This document shows, piece after piece, positions 9,117 to 17,712 of a DNA stretch of 64,000 nt. Each line of letters begins with the position of its first letter. Position 1 is the stretch's first letter. The notes under the pieces are model-generated. The model worked only from the letters and a program-made list of their open reading frames with translations, searched no databases and was not told the DNA's origin. Source of the stretch: Candidatus Anstonellales archaeon (GTDB taxonomy: Archaea > Micrarchaeota > Micrarchaeia > Anstonellales > J096); NCBI GenBank assembly GCA_038896535.1, contig JAWACY010000001.1:198397-262396 (forward strand), written 5' to 3'. Both the position numbers and the translations under genes were made by a program.

Positions 9117-9278
9117 GTAAAAAGGCAAATTAACTTATACACACGCCTTCTTACAATCATCCCGCCCCCATTATTCCCTGTGGTAAGAAGGCAAATTAAC
9201 TTATACACACGCCTTCTTACAATCATCCCGGTAAGAAGGCAAATTAACTTATATATGCGCCTTCTTACAATCTTCCAA
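9117..9278. repeat. Array of three ~48-nt hairpin repeat units (10-bp stem GTAAGAAGGC/GCCTTCTTAC, 18-nt loop) with a conserved 18-nt linker (CCCCCATTATTCCCTGTG) between units 1 and 2; downstream of tRNA-Leu
   Basis: The unit gtaagaaggcaaattaacttatacacacgccttcttacaatcatcccg is present three times (the first has one stem mismatch, gtaaaaaggc). A near-identical two-unit copy lies at 16391..16497, right after tRNA-Thr. Confidence 0.8.
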
Positions 9279-9472
9279 CCTCTATTATAAGCTTTGTTTG
9301 GTTTTGGTAATTGAATTTATATATAATATATGCCTTCTTGTCATTCACTAAATTAATCTAAGTTATGTCTTAATCATGTAATATTAAATCATGTGATATT
9401 GATAAGGGGCTGGAGTGTTATTAAACTAAGTATTGAACTAACTACAATATTACAATATAAACAAATTATAAT

Positions 9473-10201
9473 TTAGGGTTTTCGTTTTGATATTTTATAA
9501 AGCCCAGTTGCTATTACTGGCCCTATTAATAGCAAGAATGTATATAAATTGGCCCTTGATACAAATGATAGTAATATATCATTCTTGACATCATAAAATA
9601 CCTTTAATGCTTCTCCAACAAAATCTGGTGGGGCTTTAACTGATATTTCATTTGCTATACTTGAAGTAACATTATCAATTATTCCATTAATAATTAGGGT
9701 ATAAACAAACATCAATAAAATTGCTATGATGCCAAATAAAAGCATGCTTTCATTTCTTGCATAAACAAAAACAAAGAATACATAAGCAAGATATAAGACA
9801 ATTGTTATTCCATAAATTATGCCGAGCATTGGCTTTATATTTTCTATTATAGCATCTAAAGGTTTTAGTATTTCATTTGCAGCAAGTTTTGATATAACCT
9901 CTATTAAATCTGGTATTGTTTTTACGCTCCCATTTAAGACACTATCGCATGCTGGTTTTAGAAATTCTAATTCTTGTGGAAAGCTATTTTGTGCTTGGCA
10001 CACTGTTTTTACTTGATCAATGCTAATTTGGGAGGCATTAATTTTTGTGTAGTATATAAAGGAAAGCTCTGAATTTATTTTTTGTGCAAAAACAGCCTTT
10101 GTGTTTTCATACTCGCTTATGAATATAAAAAGGAATATTGAGAAAAACAGCAATAACAAAATTAATATTGATAATGGCACATACATTATTGTTTTTATCA
10201 T
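9473..10201 (-). CDS. Hypothetical integral membrane protein
   Basis: 242-aa ORF with N-terminal and several internal hydrophobic helices. Confidence 0.45.
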   Translation of the reverse strand: MIKTIMYVPLSILILLLLFFSIFLFIFISEYENTKAVFAQKINSELSFIYYTKINASQISIDQVKTVCQAQNSFPQELEFLKPACDSVLNGSVKTIPDLIEVISKLAANEILKPLDAIIENIKPMLGIIYGITIVLYLAYVFFVFVYARNESMLLFGIIAILLMFVYTLIINGIIDNVTSSIANEISVKAPPDFVGEALKVFYDVKNDILLSFVSRANLYTFLLLIGPVIATGLYKISKRKP

Positions 10202-10250
10202 AATTCAATATATTAGTAAGAATTAAAAATTTTTCTTTTGATTAGGTTTT

Positions 10251-10991
10251 ATGGGGAACATACAGAAAAGGGTTTTCGTTCTTTTCATATTGGCTATAGC
10301 GTTATTCGCATTGTTTTTCTCTATTGGCGTTGGTGGCACAACTAGTAGCAAAACAGATCAGCAGCAAGATAAAACAACTCAACAGCAAGATAAAGCAGTT
10401 GAGCAAAACAAAACAAATGAAAGCAAAGCAATTAAATTGAAGTGTGACCCATCTTCTTATACTACAATGAGCGCCAGAATTAAATGTTTTCTATCTTTAT
10501 CAGATGAGGATGTAAAAAATGTTAATTATACTCCTGAAGAATGCATATTAAAACAATCTGAAACTGATAAAAATAAATGCATAGAGAAATACAGACTTTT
10601 CCAAACGTGCAGGCCAAAGCCAAGCACAGATAAAGAAAGGGAAAAATGCATATTGCCAAAATTAAATATATCTGGTAGTGTAAGACAAGAAGTGGAAATG
10701 TGCAAAAGCCAGCAGAGGCAGGATTTAATAAATATATGCATGTCAAAAATAAGAGAAAAAGTGCTTGATATGGTTAAATTTAGGGTTTACAACCTTGTTT
10801 ATAAAGCACAAGAGCTTAAAGGCCTTGGCGTGCCAGAAGATAAAGTTATATCAATACTTGAAAAGGTAAATAATGCAAAAATAGCTCTTGAAAAAGCCAA
10901 CTCAAATGATGAGAGAATAGCAATACTTGAGGGTTTAAAAGCAGATTGGCAGGCCTTTTCAGATGATGCTAAAAATTATGTAAAGAGGTGA
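10251..10991 (+). CDS. Hypothetical secreted or anchored Cys-rich protein
   Basis: N-terminal hydrophobic signal anchor (VFVLFILAIALFALFFSIGVGG) and multiple spaced Cys residues typical of disulfide-rich extracellular proteins. Confidence 0.45.
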   Translation: MGNIQKRVFVLFILAIALFALFFSIGVGGTTSSKTDQQQDKTTQQQDKAVEQNKTNESKAIKLKCDPSSYTTMSARIKCFLSLSDEDVKNVNYTPEECILKQSETDKNKCIEKYRLFQTCRPKPSTDKEREKCILPKLNISGSVRQEVEMCKSQQRQDLINICMSKIREKVLDMVKFRVYNLVYKAQELKGLGVPEDKVISILEKVNNAKIALEKANSNDERIAILEGLKADWQAFSDDAKNYVKR

Positions 10992-10995
10992 TTGA

Positions 10996-11265
10996 ATGAA
11001 AGCAGCAATTTTTATTATTTTAATTTCTTTAATGCTCATCTTCGGATGCACACAGCAGCAGGCCAAACAAGAAATTGGAAAAGAAAATAATAAAAGCATT
11101 AGCAATGTATCAAACCAATCTTTGAATCAAACTATAAATCAAAGCCAGCAAGAAACAGGGCAAAAAGAGCAAGTTAGTGGAGAAAATTTAACAGAAGAAG
11201 AGTTAAACGATTTGTTCAATACTGACATAGATAAGGCTATAGAAGAAATTAATATAACTGGTTAA
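10996..11265 (+). CDS. Small secreted Q/N/S-rich protein with a lipobox-like N-terminus
   Basis: Signal peptide ending LIFGCTQQ, then a low-complexity Q/N/S-rich region. Start coupled to the upstream stop. Confidence 0.4.
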   Translation: MKAAIFIILISLMLIFGCTQQQAKQEIGKENNKSISNVSNQSLNQTINQSQQETGQKEQVSGENLTEEELNDLFNTDIDKAIEEINITG

Positions 11266-11311
11266 TATAACTGGTTGATTTATTTTTGTTAATCACATTT
11301 AATGTGATATT

Positions 11312-12217
11312 ATGCATGCAGAAGTAAAAAAAATTTTAGAAGACATCAAGAGCATTAAGATACAGGGGGCTAGGAATATAGCGAAAGCAGTTTTAAATGC
11401 AATAAAAATAGAGGTAGCACATTCAAAATCAGTTAAAGAGTTAATGGCTAATATAGTTGAGATAAGAAATATATTAATGCAAACAAGAAAAACTGAGCCA
11501 ATGGCAAGAAATTTAATTGAGGTTTCAACAAGGCATTTATTGAGCTATGCTTCTTTATCTGATAAAGAGGCTATAAAAAAACTTTTAGAGGATTCTGATA
11601 AAATAATTCAAGAACTTGACAAATATTATAATAAGATGCTTGAATATGGAGCAGAGCACATCCCTGATGGAGCTGTTATTATAACAATATGCCATTCCTC
11701 CTCTGTTGTTGGAGTTTTGAAAAAAGCAAAAGAGATGGGTAAAGAGATAAATGTCATAAATTGTGAAACAAGGCCATTATTCCAAGGCAGAATAACGGCC
11801 AGAGAACTTGTTAATGCAGGAATAAAAGTAACACACATAATAGATAGCGAAGCAGCAGTATTTATAAAAAAATGTGATTCTGCATTGGTTGGGGCTGATG
11901 CAATAGACGTTGAAGGGAACTTATACAATAAAGTCGGCACAAGGATGCTAGCAGAACTTTGTTATAATTATAATGTTTCATTCCATCCAATTTCAGAGCT
12001 GTTAAAATATGACCCAAAAACATTATTTGGAAAATTAGAGCCAATTGAATATAGAAGCCCAGATGAAATATGGCAGGGCTATCCAGATGGCATTAAAATT
12101 TTAAATCCAGCATTTGACTATGTTCCAGCAGAGCTTATTAAATCATATATAACAGAAGAGGGCATTTTACACCCGCATGAGATAAAGCATGAATTTGAGA
12201 AAAAATATAAATTGTAA
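11312..12217 (+). CDS. Ribose-1,5-bisphosphate isomerase (eIF-2B alpha/beta/delta family, e2b2-like)
   Basis: eIF2B-family fold motifs (HSSSVVGVL, GADAIDVEGNLYNKVGT). It sits next to AMP phosphorylase, as in the archaeal AMP/nucleoside salvage pathway. Confidence 0.75.
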   Translation: MHAEVKKILEDIKSIKIQGARNIAKAVLNAIKIEVAHSKSVKELMANIVEIRNILMQTRKTEPMARNLIEVSTRHLLSYASLSDKEAIKKLLEDSDKIIQELDKYYNKMLEYGAEHIPDGAVIITICHSSSVVGVLKKAKEMGKEINVINCETRPLFQGRITARELVNAGIKVTHIIDSEAAVFIKKCDSALVGADAIDVEGNLYNKVGTRMLAELCYNYNVSFHPISELLKYDPKTLFGKLEPIEYRSPDEIWQGYPDGIKILNPAFDYVPAELIKSYITEEGILHPHEIKHEFEKKYKL

Positions 12218-12224
12218 TATTTCT

Positions 12225-13805
12225 TTAAATTTTTGTTAATAAAAGTTTTTCCATAGATATTGGGGACATTGTTTCAAATGATTTTAATGCTAATGTAAGC
12301 CTTTCCTCATTATGGCTATAAATTGTCATTATTTTATCTCCTTTTTTTACAACATCGCCTTTTGCTTTCCATAAATAAATGCCAGCCCCTTTATCCATTG
12401 GAGCGCCAGCAATTCTTGCTATTCTTGATATGCCCTTATTGTCAATATGCTCTATTCTGCCATCTTTTTCAGCTATTATATCTATGCTTACATCGCCAAT
12501 TTTTATATCTTCTGACTTAATGTTAGGATTTCCCCCCTGCGCTTCTATTATCTCTTTCATCTTTTTTAATGCCTTACCTGAATTTAATATACTTTCTGCC
12601 ATAGCAATGCCTTCCCCAAGTTTTGCTTTACCGCAAAGTTCAAGCAAAGTGCCAGCAATAAGAATTGCTTTTTCTTTTAAATCTGTTGGTCCTTTGCCTT
12701 CAAGGACTGAAAGCACATCTCTTGCTTCAAGCGCAGGACCAATACCATTGCCAATAGGTTCTGAGCCATCAGTAATAATGACAGCAGTATTAATGCCCAA
12801 TCTTGTTGCAACGGTTTTAAATTTTTCCCCCATTGTTCTTCCCTCTTCTATATCTTCAACCTTTGCACCTCTCCCAATAGGTATGTCTATGATCAAATGT
12901 TTTGAACCAACTGCTTTTTTCTTAGCTAATATGCTTGCCATCATAACGCCTAATGGATCAAGCCTTAATGGCCTTCTTATTGCTATCATTTTATCATCTG
13001 CTGGAGCTATGTTAACGCCGCCTCCCCATACTATTGCGCCACCAACTTTTTTTGTTATTCTCTCCAGTTCTTCTAAGCTAAATTCAACAGGAGCAAGAAC
13101 CTCCATTGTATCAGCTGTTCCAGCAGGGGATGTTATTGCTCTGCTGCTTGTTTTTGGCATTAATGCCCCAGCAGCAGCTATTATTGGCACAACAACCATA
13201 GTTGTTCTGTTTGCAGCTACCCCGCCAATACAATGTTTATCAACAACATATTTTGAATCAAATGATATTTGCCCACCGCTTGAAACCATACCTTCTATTA
13301 AGCCTATAATTTCATCATCATCAAGCCCTCTTATTTGTGCAGCAACAAGAAAAGCAGCTATTTCTGGTTCTGCAAGTTTATTGTCAACGATATCTCTTAC
13401 ATATGCTTTGAGTTCAGCATCAGATAATTTTGCCCCATTTATCTTTTTTATTATTCCTTCAATGCTTGTTGGAATTGGCATATGCCTTATTTCAAGTAAA
13501 TCCCCATCCTTTATGTCTATTGCTTTCCTCACTTCTTCAAATATACCAACAAAGCCCCTGGCAATAACGCTTTGAGAAACATCAACAATTGCTACTGCTT
13601 CTTTATCTCCTTTTTTTACTATAACTCTATTCCCTGGATATATGCTCATCTCTCTTGATTCCTGCTCATTTAATACTATAATATTTTTTCCAGCTTCAAT
13701 ATCAAATACCTTTGCCTGTACAATATAAAGTTTTTCTGCATAAACCTTTATCTCTTTGCTTGTTTTTAATGAAATATCAACACTATCGTAATGACCTTTT
13801 ACCAA
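12225..13805 (-). CDS. deoA: AMP phosphorylase (thymidine-phosphorylase family with an N-terminal extension)
   Basis: Length 526 aa. Pyrimidine-nucleoside-phosphorylase core (CIGGVAANRTT, glycine-rich phosphate loop) plus the ~80-aa N-terminal domain typical of archaeal AMP phosphorylase. Confidence 0.9.
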   Translation of the reverse strand: MVKGHYDSVDISLKTSKEIKVYAEKLYIVQAKVFDIEAGKNIIVLNEQESREMSIYPGNRVIVKKGDKEAVAIVDVSQSVIARGFVGIFEEVRKAIDIKDGDLLEIRHMPIPTSIEGIIKKINGAKLSDAELKAYVRDIVDNKLAEPEIAAFLVAAQIRGLDDDEIIGLIEGMVSSGGQISFDSKYVVDKHCIGGVAANRTTMVVVPIIAAAGALMPKTSSRAITSPAGTADTMEVLAPVEFSLEELERITKKVGGAIVWGGGVNIAPADDKMIAIRRPLRLDPLGVMMASILAKKKAVGSKHLIIDIPIGRGAKVEDIEEGRTMGEKFKTVATRLGINTAVIITDGSEPIGNGIGPALEARDVLSVLEGKGPTDLKEKAILIAGTLLELCGKAKLGEGIAMAESILNSGKALKKMKEIIEAQGGNPNIKSEDIKIGDVSIDIIAEKDGRIEHIDNKGISRIARIAGAPMDKGAGIYLWKAKGDVVKKGDKIMTIYSHNEERLTLALKSFETMSPISMEKLLLTKI

Positions 13806-13855
13806 TTTACCACCTTATTTTCCTCATTAATAATCGATACTCGTATTTTTAAATT

Positions 13856-14497
13856 TTATTTTTCTCTTATTTCTGCATCTTTTATTATTAGCTCCCCCCA
13901 GTCCTTATGCCATTTTATCTCTTTTTTAAGAATGATAATTCTTGAGTTGAAGAATGGCGCATCAAGAACAGCTGTTTCAGCTTCGCCACCCTCAAAAAAT
14001 GGATGTATAAATTCATTTTTTATATCTTTAAATTGCTTGCCAAGGCAATTTTTATCTAAGCCATATGCAGAAACTTTAACAACTAAAATTTCCATATCTT
14101 CATATGCTTGCAATAATGAGAACCTTTTCCATAAAGGACAGAATGCTGGCACATGCAATTTTTCACTTATATAATCTATTCTTTGCTTTTGGTATTCGCT
14201 CTCAACTGCACCAGAGCATATTGCATCAAACTCAAGTTCTTCTTTTAATTTTTTTAAGCACGTTAACATTTCTGATACTTCCCTTTCTTTTATACCAGAA
14301 ACATAAAACATGTAATGATGCATACCCAATGCCTTTGCCTGTAATTTTGTCAGATTAAGATTTTCGCTATGCAGCATATAGCTATGTTTCCTTTTTGGCA
14401 TGAATGTGACTAATATTGTTTCATAACCATTTGATTCCATCAAATGCGCAGCAAGTGTTGAATCTTTACCGCCAGTAAATAAACAAGCGACCCTCAT
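13856..14497 (-). CDS. PP-loop ATP pyrophosphatase of the MJ0570/DUF71 family (diphthine-ammonia ligase-like)
   Basis: N-terminal CLFTGGKDS PP-loop (SGGKDS-type). Size and conservation pattern fit Dph6-like ATP-binding domains. Confidence 0.65.
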   Translation of the reverse strand: MRVACLFTGGKDSTLAAHLMESNGYETILVTFMPKRKHSYMLHSENLNLTKLQAKALGMHHYMFYVSGIKEREVSEMLTCLKKLKEELEFDAICSGAVESEYQKQRIDYISEKLHVPAFCPLWKRFSLLQAYEDMEILVVKVSAYGLDKNCLGKQFKDIKNEFIHPFFEGGEAETAVLDAPFFNSRIIILKKEIKWHKDWGELIIKDAEIREK

Positions 14498-15501
14498 GCT
14501 CTCTTCTTTTTATATTTTCCATATTGCTTGCTGAATTTTTTGATTATTAAAAATGCAACCAGTATTAAAATAATAATTAATAAGGCAACCGCAATAATAT
14601 AAAGTGTAAAATTATTCTGTTCTTTTTTTGTCTGCTCTGGTTTTTCTTCTACAAAAGGCTCTGTTTTGCTTTCATTTGCAATTTCTTTTGTTTCATTTTT
14701 CTGTTCCTTAATTACTTCCTCAGCCTTTTTTATCTTTGTTATATTTATTTCTAAACTAAATATTGCATTGTCTTTTAAGGCATAAATATTGTTATCCCAG
14801 CTTTCTAATGATGTTATATTTTCATAAGAACTTACTATATAAGAGCAATCGCTTTTATTATAAACATTAAGAGTTCCATTATAAAGGCCCAATATATAAA
14901 GGTCATTAACTGCTATCTGTGTTGCATTTATACTGCAAAATGTTTTTCTTTCCAGATCAAATGGTATTATAATAAGATTATTTAATTTTTTATTATCAAG
15001 AAAATAAAACGCATCTGATACAGAACCATGGATAAAAGAGCCATGCTCCCCATATTTTGTTTTTACATATCCGTTAAATGATAATGTTGCGTTATATATT
15101 GATATTACTCCATAACTGTCTGCTGCAAGTATTGTATTATTTTTAGCCAGCATGACATTTTTACCATAATCATTAGCATATGTTGTTGGATTGAATAAAC
15201 CAATAATTTTAGATGGAGTTGAGTAATAAATATAAGTCCTATTATTATAATTTGTTTCGACAACGTCAAGAGCTTTTAAATTTTCTATCGTTACATCAAA
15301 GCTTTTTTCATTATCTTTAACATATATTTTCCCATCCCTGTTATTTATGAAATAGAATGTTTTGTCAAAAACCCTGAATTTTTCTAATTCCCTAAATTGT
15401 ATATCGCTTATTTTTTTATAGCTTACATTAATTGCTATCTCTTCATTTTGCCCAAACATTAAAAAGCACAGGAATAAAATTATGAATAATCTATTTATCA
15501 T
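14494..15501 (-). CDS. Hypothetical surface protein with an N-terminal signal peptide and a C-terminal transmembrane anchor plus basic tail
   Basis: N-terminal hydrophobic leader, a long predicted beta-rich ectodomain with many N-x-S/T sequons, and C-terminal LYIIAVALLIIILILVAFLIIKKFSKQYGKYKKKRA. Confidence 0.5.
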   Translation of the reverse strand: MINRLFIILFLCFLMFGQNEEIAINVSYKKISDIQFRELEKFRVFDKTFYFINNRDGKIYVKDNEKSFDVTIENLKALDVVETNYNNRTYIYYSTPSKIIGLFNPTTYANDYGKNVMLAKNNTILAADSYGVISIYNATLSFNGYVKTKYGEHGSFIHGSVSDAFYFLDNKKLNNLIIIPFDLERKTFCSINATQIAVNDLYILGLYNGTLNVYNKSDCSYIVSSYENITSLESWDNNIYALKDNAIFSLEINITKIKKAEEVIKEQKNETKEIANESKTEPFVEEKPEQTKKEQNNFTLYIIAVALLIIILILVAFLIIKKFSKQYGKYKKKRA

Positions 15502-16297
15502 TTTTTTCTACCCCTCTTATTATTCTATTAAGTTTTTTATATATGGCAGGAGATGAAACAAAAACATTGTTGTCTTTTTCATTAAACATACTTCTAATTT
15601 TGCATCCAGCATTTTTTGCTATTAATAAAGCAGCAGAAACATCCCAAGGCTTTACATCTATGCCAATAAAAGCATTAAATCTGCCAGAAGCAACATAACA
15701 TATTTCAAGTGCAGCACTACCAAATTTTCTTATATCCCTGGTTTTATATTTTAACACGCTTAATAAGTTTATGAACCTTCTTATACTTTTATCGTTATTA
15801 CTATGACATGTGCCAAGAAATGCCCTTTTTATTTCATCATTATATGATGGTTTTATTATTTTTCCATTCAAATATGAAAATCCATTGTTCTTTGCATAAA
15901 ACATCTCATTTAGTATTGGGTTATAAACAACTGCACATATTGTATCTTTTCTGTATTTAAGAGCAATTGAGACATTAAAAAATGGAACATGATGCACAAA
16001 ATTTGCTGTTCCGTCTAATGGGTCTATTACCCACAAATAATCCTTATCAATGTAATGAGCTCCAGATTCTTCTGCCAATATGCTATGCCTTGGAAAATAT
16101 TTTTTTATCTCTTTTTTTATTATCTGCTCAGATTCCTTATCCGCTTTTGTTACTATATCTCTTATGCCCTTTTCTTCTTCTTTTACATGCATGTCGAAAT
16201 ATTTCTTTAATAAATCCCCGGCCTTTCTTGCTATTATTTTAGCTCTTTCTAAATACTCCATATATGATAAATGAAAATGGTTTTTAAAATCTTTCAA
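15491..16297 (-). CDS. suhB: Inositol monophosphatase / fructose-1,6-bisphosphatase family protein
   Basis: Metal-binding motifs EE..GxxD and WVIDPLDGTANF, which are diagnostic of IMPase/FBPase IV. Confidence 0.85.
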   Translation of the reverse strand: MKDFKNHFHLSYMEYLERAKIIARKAGDLLKKYFDMHVKEEEKGIRDIVTKADKESEQIIKKEIKKYFPRHSILAEESGAHYIDKDYLWVIDPLDGTANFVHHVPFFNVSIALKYRKDTICAVVYNPILNEMFYAKNNGFSYLNGKIIKPSYNDEIKRAFLGTCHSNNDKSIRRFINLLSVLKYKTRDIRKFGSAALEICYVASGRFNAFIGIDVKPWDVSAALLIAKNAGCKIRSMFNEKDNNVFVSSPAIYKKLNRIIRGVEKNDK

Positions 16298-16315
16298 TGC
16301 AAAGAAATTTTATAT

Positions 16316-16388
16316 GCCTCAGTAGCTCAGCTGGAAGAGCGACCGCCTTGTAAGCGGTAGGTCGGGGGTTCAAATCCCTCCTGGGGCT
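16316..16388 (+). tRNA. tRNA-Thr (anticodon TGT)
   Basis: Acceptor GCCTCAG/CTGGGGC (one G-U pair), anticodon stem ACCGC/GCGGT with loop CTTGTAA, T-arm GGGGG-TTCAAAT-CCCTC, discriminator T. Confidence 0.85.
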
Positions 16389-16390
16389 CT

Positions 16391-16497
16391 GGGTAAGAAG
16401 GCAAATTAACTTATACACACGCCTTCTTACAAACATCCCGCCCCTATTATTCCCTGTGGTAAGAAGGCACTAACCCTATTACACACGCCTTCTTACA
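16391..16497. repeat. Second copy of the tRNA-flanking hairpin repeat element: two units separated by the conserved CCCCTATTATTCCCTGTG linker, starting 3 nt after tRNA-Thr
   Basis: gtaagaaggcaaattaacttatacacacgccttcttacaaacatcccg, then the linker, then gtaagaaggcactaaccctattacacacgccttcttacaaatatctg. It is near-identical to the 9117..9230 copy. Confidence 0.8.
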
Positions 16498-16551
16498 AAT
16501 ATCTGATTCATGTTATTGGATTCTTAAGTGAGGCAAAATCTTTATGGGCAG

Positions 16552-17697
16552 TTATTGTTCAATGTAAGATAAAAGGATAGTAGCACTAACTGCATCTGGT
16601 CCGTTATTTAATAAAATAATGAAATCATTGTTATTTAATTCACATATTGTAGTAAAATAAGCAGCATTTTTTATGCTACAATTTTTATAAACAAATACGC
16701 CTCTAGCACTTGTTTCTTTAAACTTCTCATAATTTTTTTCATCTAAAATGTATAATGTTATTGGTTTACTAGCATTTATTGATATTTTATAATTTCCATC
16801 TTCTGAAGAGCATTTTTTATAAGAATAATAATAAAAAGGCGGCATTAAAATTGTTTCATTAATATCATTTACATAAACTTGGTATGTTATTTTTTCATAC
16901 ATAATATCATTTGTATCATTGCTGTGCTCATACCCAAGTATATGCCCTATTTCATGTTTTGCAATTTTCTCTATTGTTTTTGGGCTATAAAATTGATAGC
17001 GGTCATAACATTTGTTGTCGCCCAATCCGATATCTATTAATACACCACCAACCTCTGCCTCCCCAATTTTTTCTTCTGATATTTCTTTGAACCACTTTAA
17101 AATTATTGTTTCATTATTTCTCTCATTTGTTTCATAAAAGCTTATGCCTGTTTTTGCGCTCCAATAATCAAATGCATTTTTTATAGCATTTTTGTATGAC
17201 TCCCTTAGATCATTAGAGAGTGATTGTGGTAAATCATTTATATAATATGATATTTTATCAAAAACAAGAACTGCAGTAGAATTTTCTAAAATTCCATTTT
17301 TACTTATACCAATTATTTTTATATTATAAAGCCCTGGTTCATATAAAATAAGTTTATCCCTTTCATCTTCTGGAAGTGTTAAATCTTTGTTTAAATTTAT
17401 TGTTCTGTTTTCTATTATTGAATGATCTTTCAACCTTTGTATTTCTATATAACATTTTATATTTTCATCTTGCATATCATAGCACGAGTATTCCAAATTT
17501 AGAAAGAGGGGCGGTTTACTTTCATTTTTCATTACTTTTATCCAAATAGCATTATATGAAATTGTCTTGTTTTCTTCATGCACAGCAGTTGTTTGTTCTT
17601 CATTAATATTTTTTTCTGTAACATTAGAAAAGCATCCAGAAAAAAATAAGCAAAAAGCAAAAATTATAAGGCATTTTTTCATAAATTCATTTATCAT
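16552..17697 (-). CDS. Secreted matrixin-like (metzincin, M10-like) zinc metallopeptidase, probable lipoprotein
   Basis: HEIGHILGYEHSNDTNDIMY matches the HExxHxxGxxH zinc site plus the Met-turn. N-terminal signal peptide with the lipobox-like FSGC. Confidence 0.7.
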   Translation of the reverse strand: MINEFMKKCLIIFAFCLFFSGCFSNVTEKNINEEQTTAVHEENKTISYNAIWIKVMKNESKPPLFLNLEYSCYDMQDENIKCYIEIQRLKDHSIIENRTINLNKDLTLPEDERDKLILYEPGLYNIKIIGISKNGILENSTAVLVFDKISYYINDLPQSLSNDLRESYKNAIKNAFDYWSAKTGISFYETNERNNETIILKWFKEISEEKIGEAEVGGVLIDIGLGDNKCYDRYQFYSPKTIEKIAKHEIGHILGYEHSNDTNDIMYEKITYQVYVNDINETILMPPFYYYSYKKCSSEDGNYKISINASKPITLYILDEKNYEKFKETSARGVFVYKNCSIKNAAYFTTICELNNNDFIILLNNGPDAVSATILLSYIEQ

Positions 17698-17712
17698 TGG
17701 TATTTAAAATTA

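Noticed and set aside
9117-9278. Possibility that the hairpin repeats are a CRISPR array
   Set aside because: Only 3 units at this locus and 2 at the second locus. Spacing is irregular (0 and 18 nt), identical 'spacers' occur at both loci, and there are no cas genes in the window.
9000-9290. ORFs 9000..9290 (+) and 9014..9226 (-) spanning the hairpin repeats
   Set aside because: Both are translations of the repeat units themselves (repeated RQINLYTRLLTIIP peptides) and overlap tRNA-Leu. They are artefacts of the repeats.
12379-13575. 398-aa ORF on the + strand, antisense to the AMP phosphorylase gene
   Set aside because: Its translation is low-complexity (S/P/I/A-rich) with no motifs, whereas the opposite strand encodes a protein with strong family signatures. 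It is a typical shadow ORF.
9279-16315. Segment bracketed by the two tRNA-associated repeat loci considered as an integrated mobile element
   Set aside because: The content is housekeeping (AMP salvage, IMPase, PP-loop ATPase, envelope proteins) with no integrase, transposase or phage-like genes. The flanking tRNAs are different species rather than a duplicated att.
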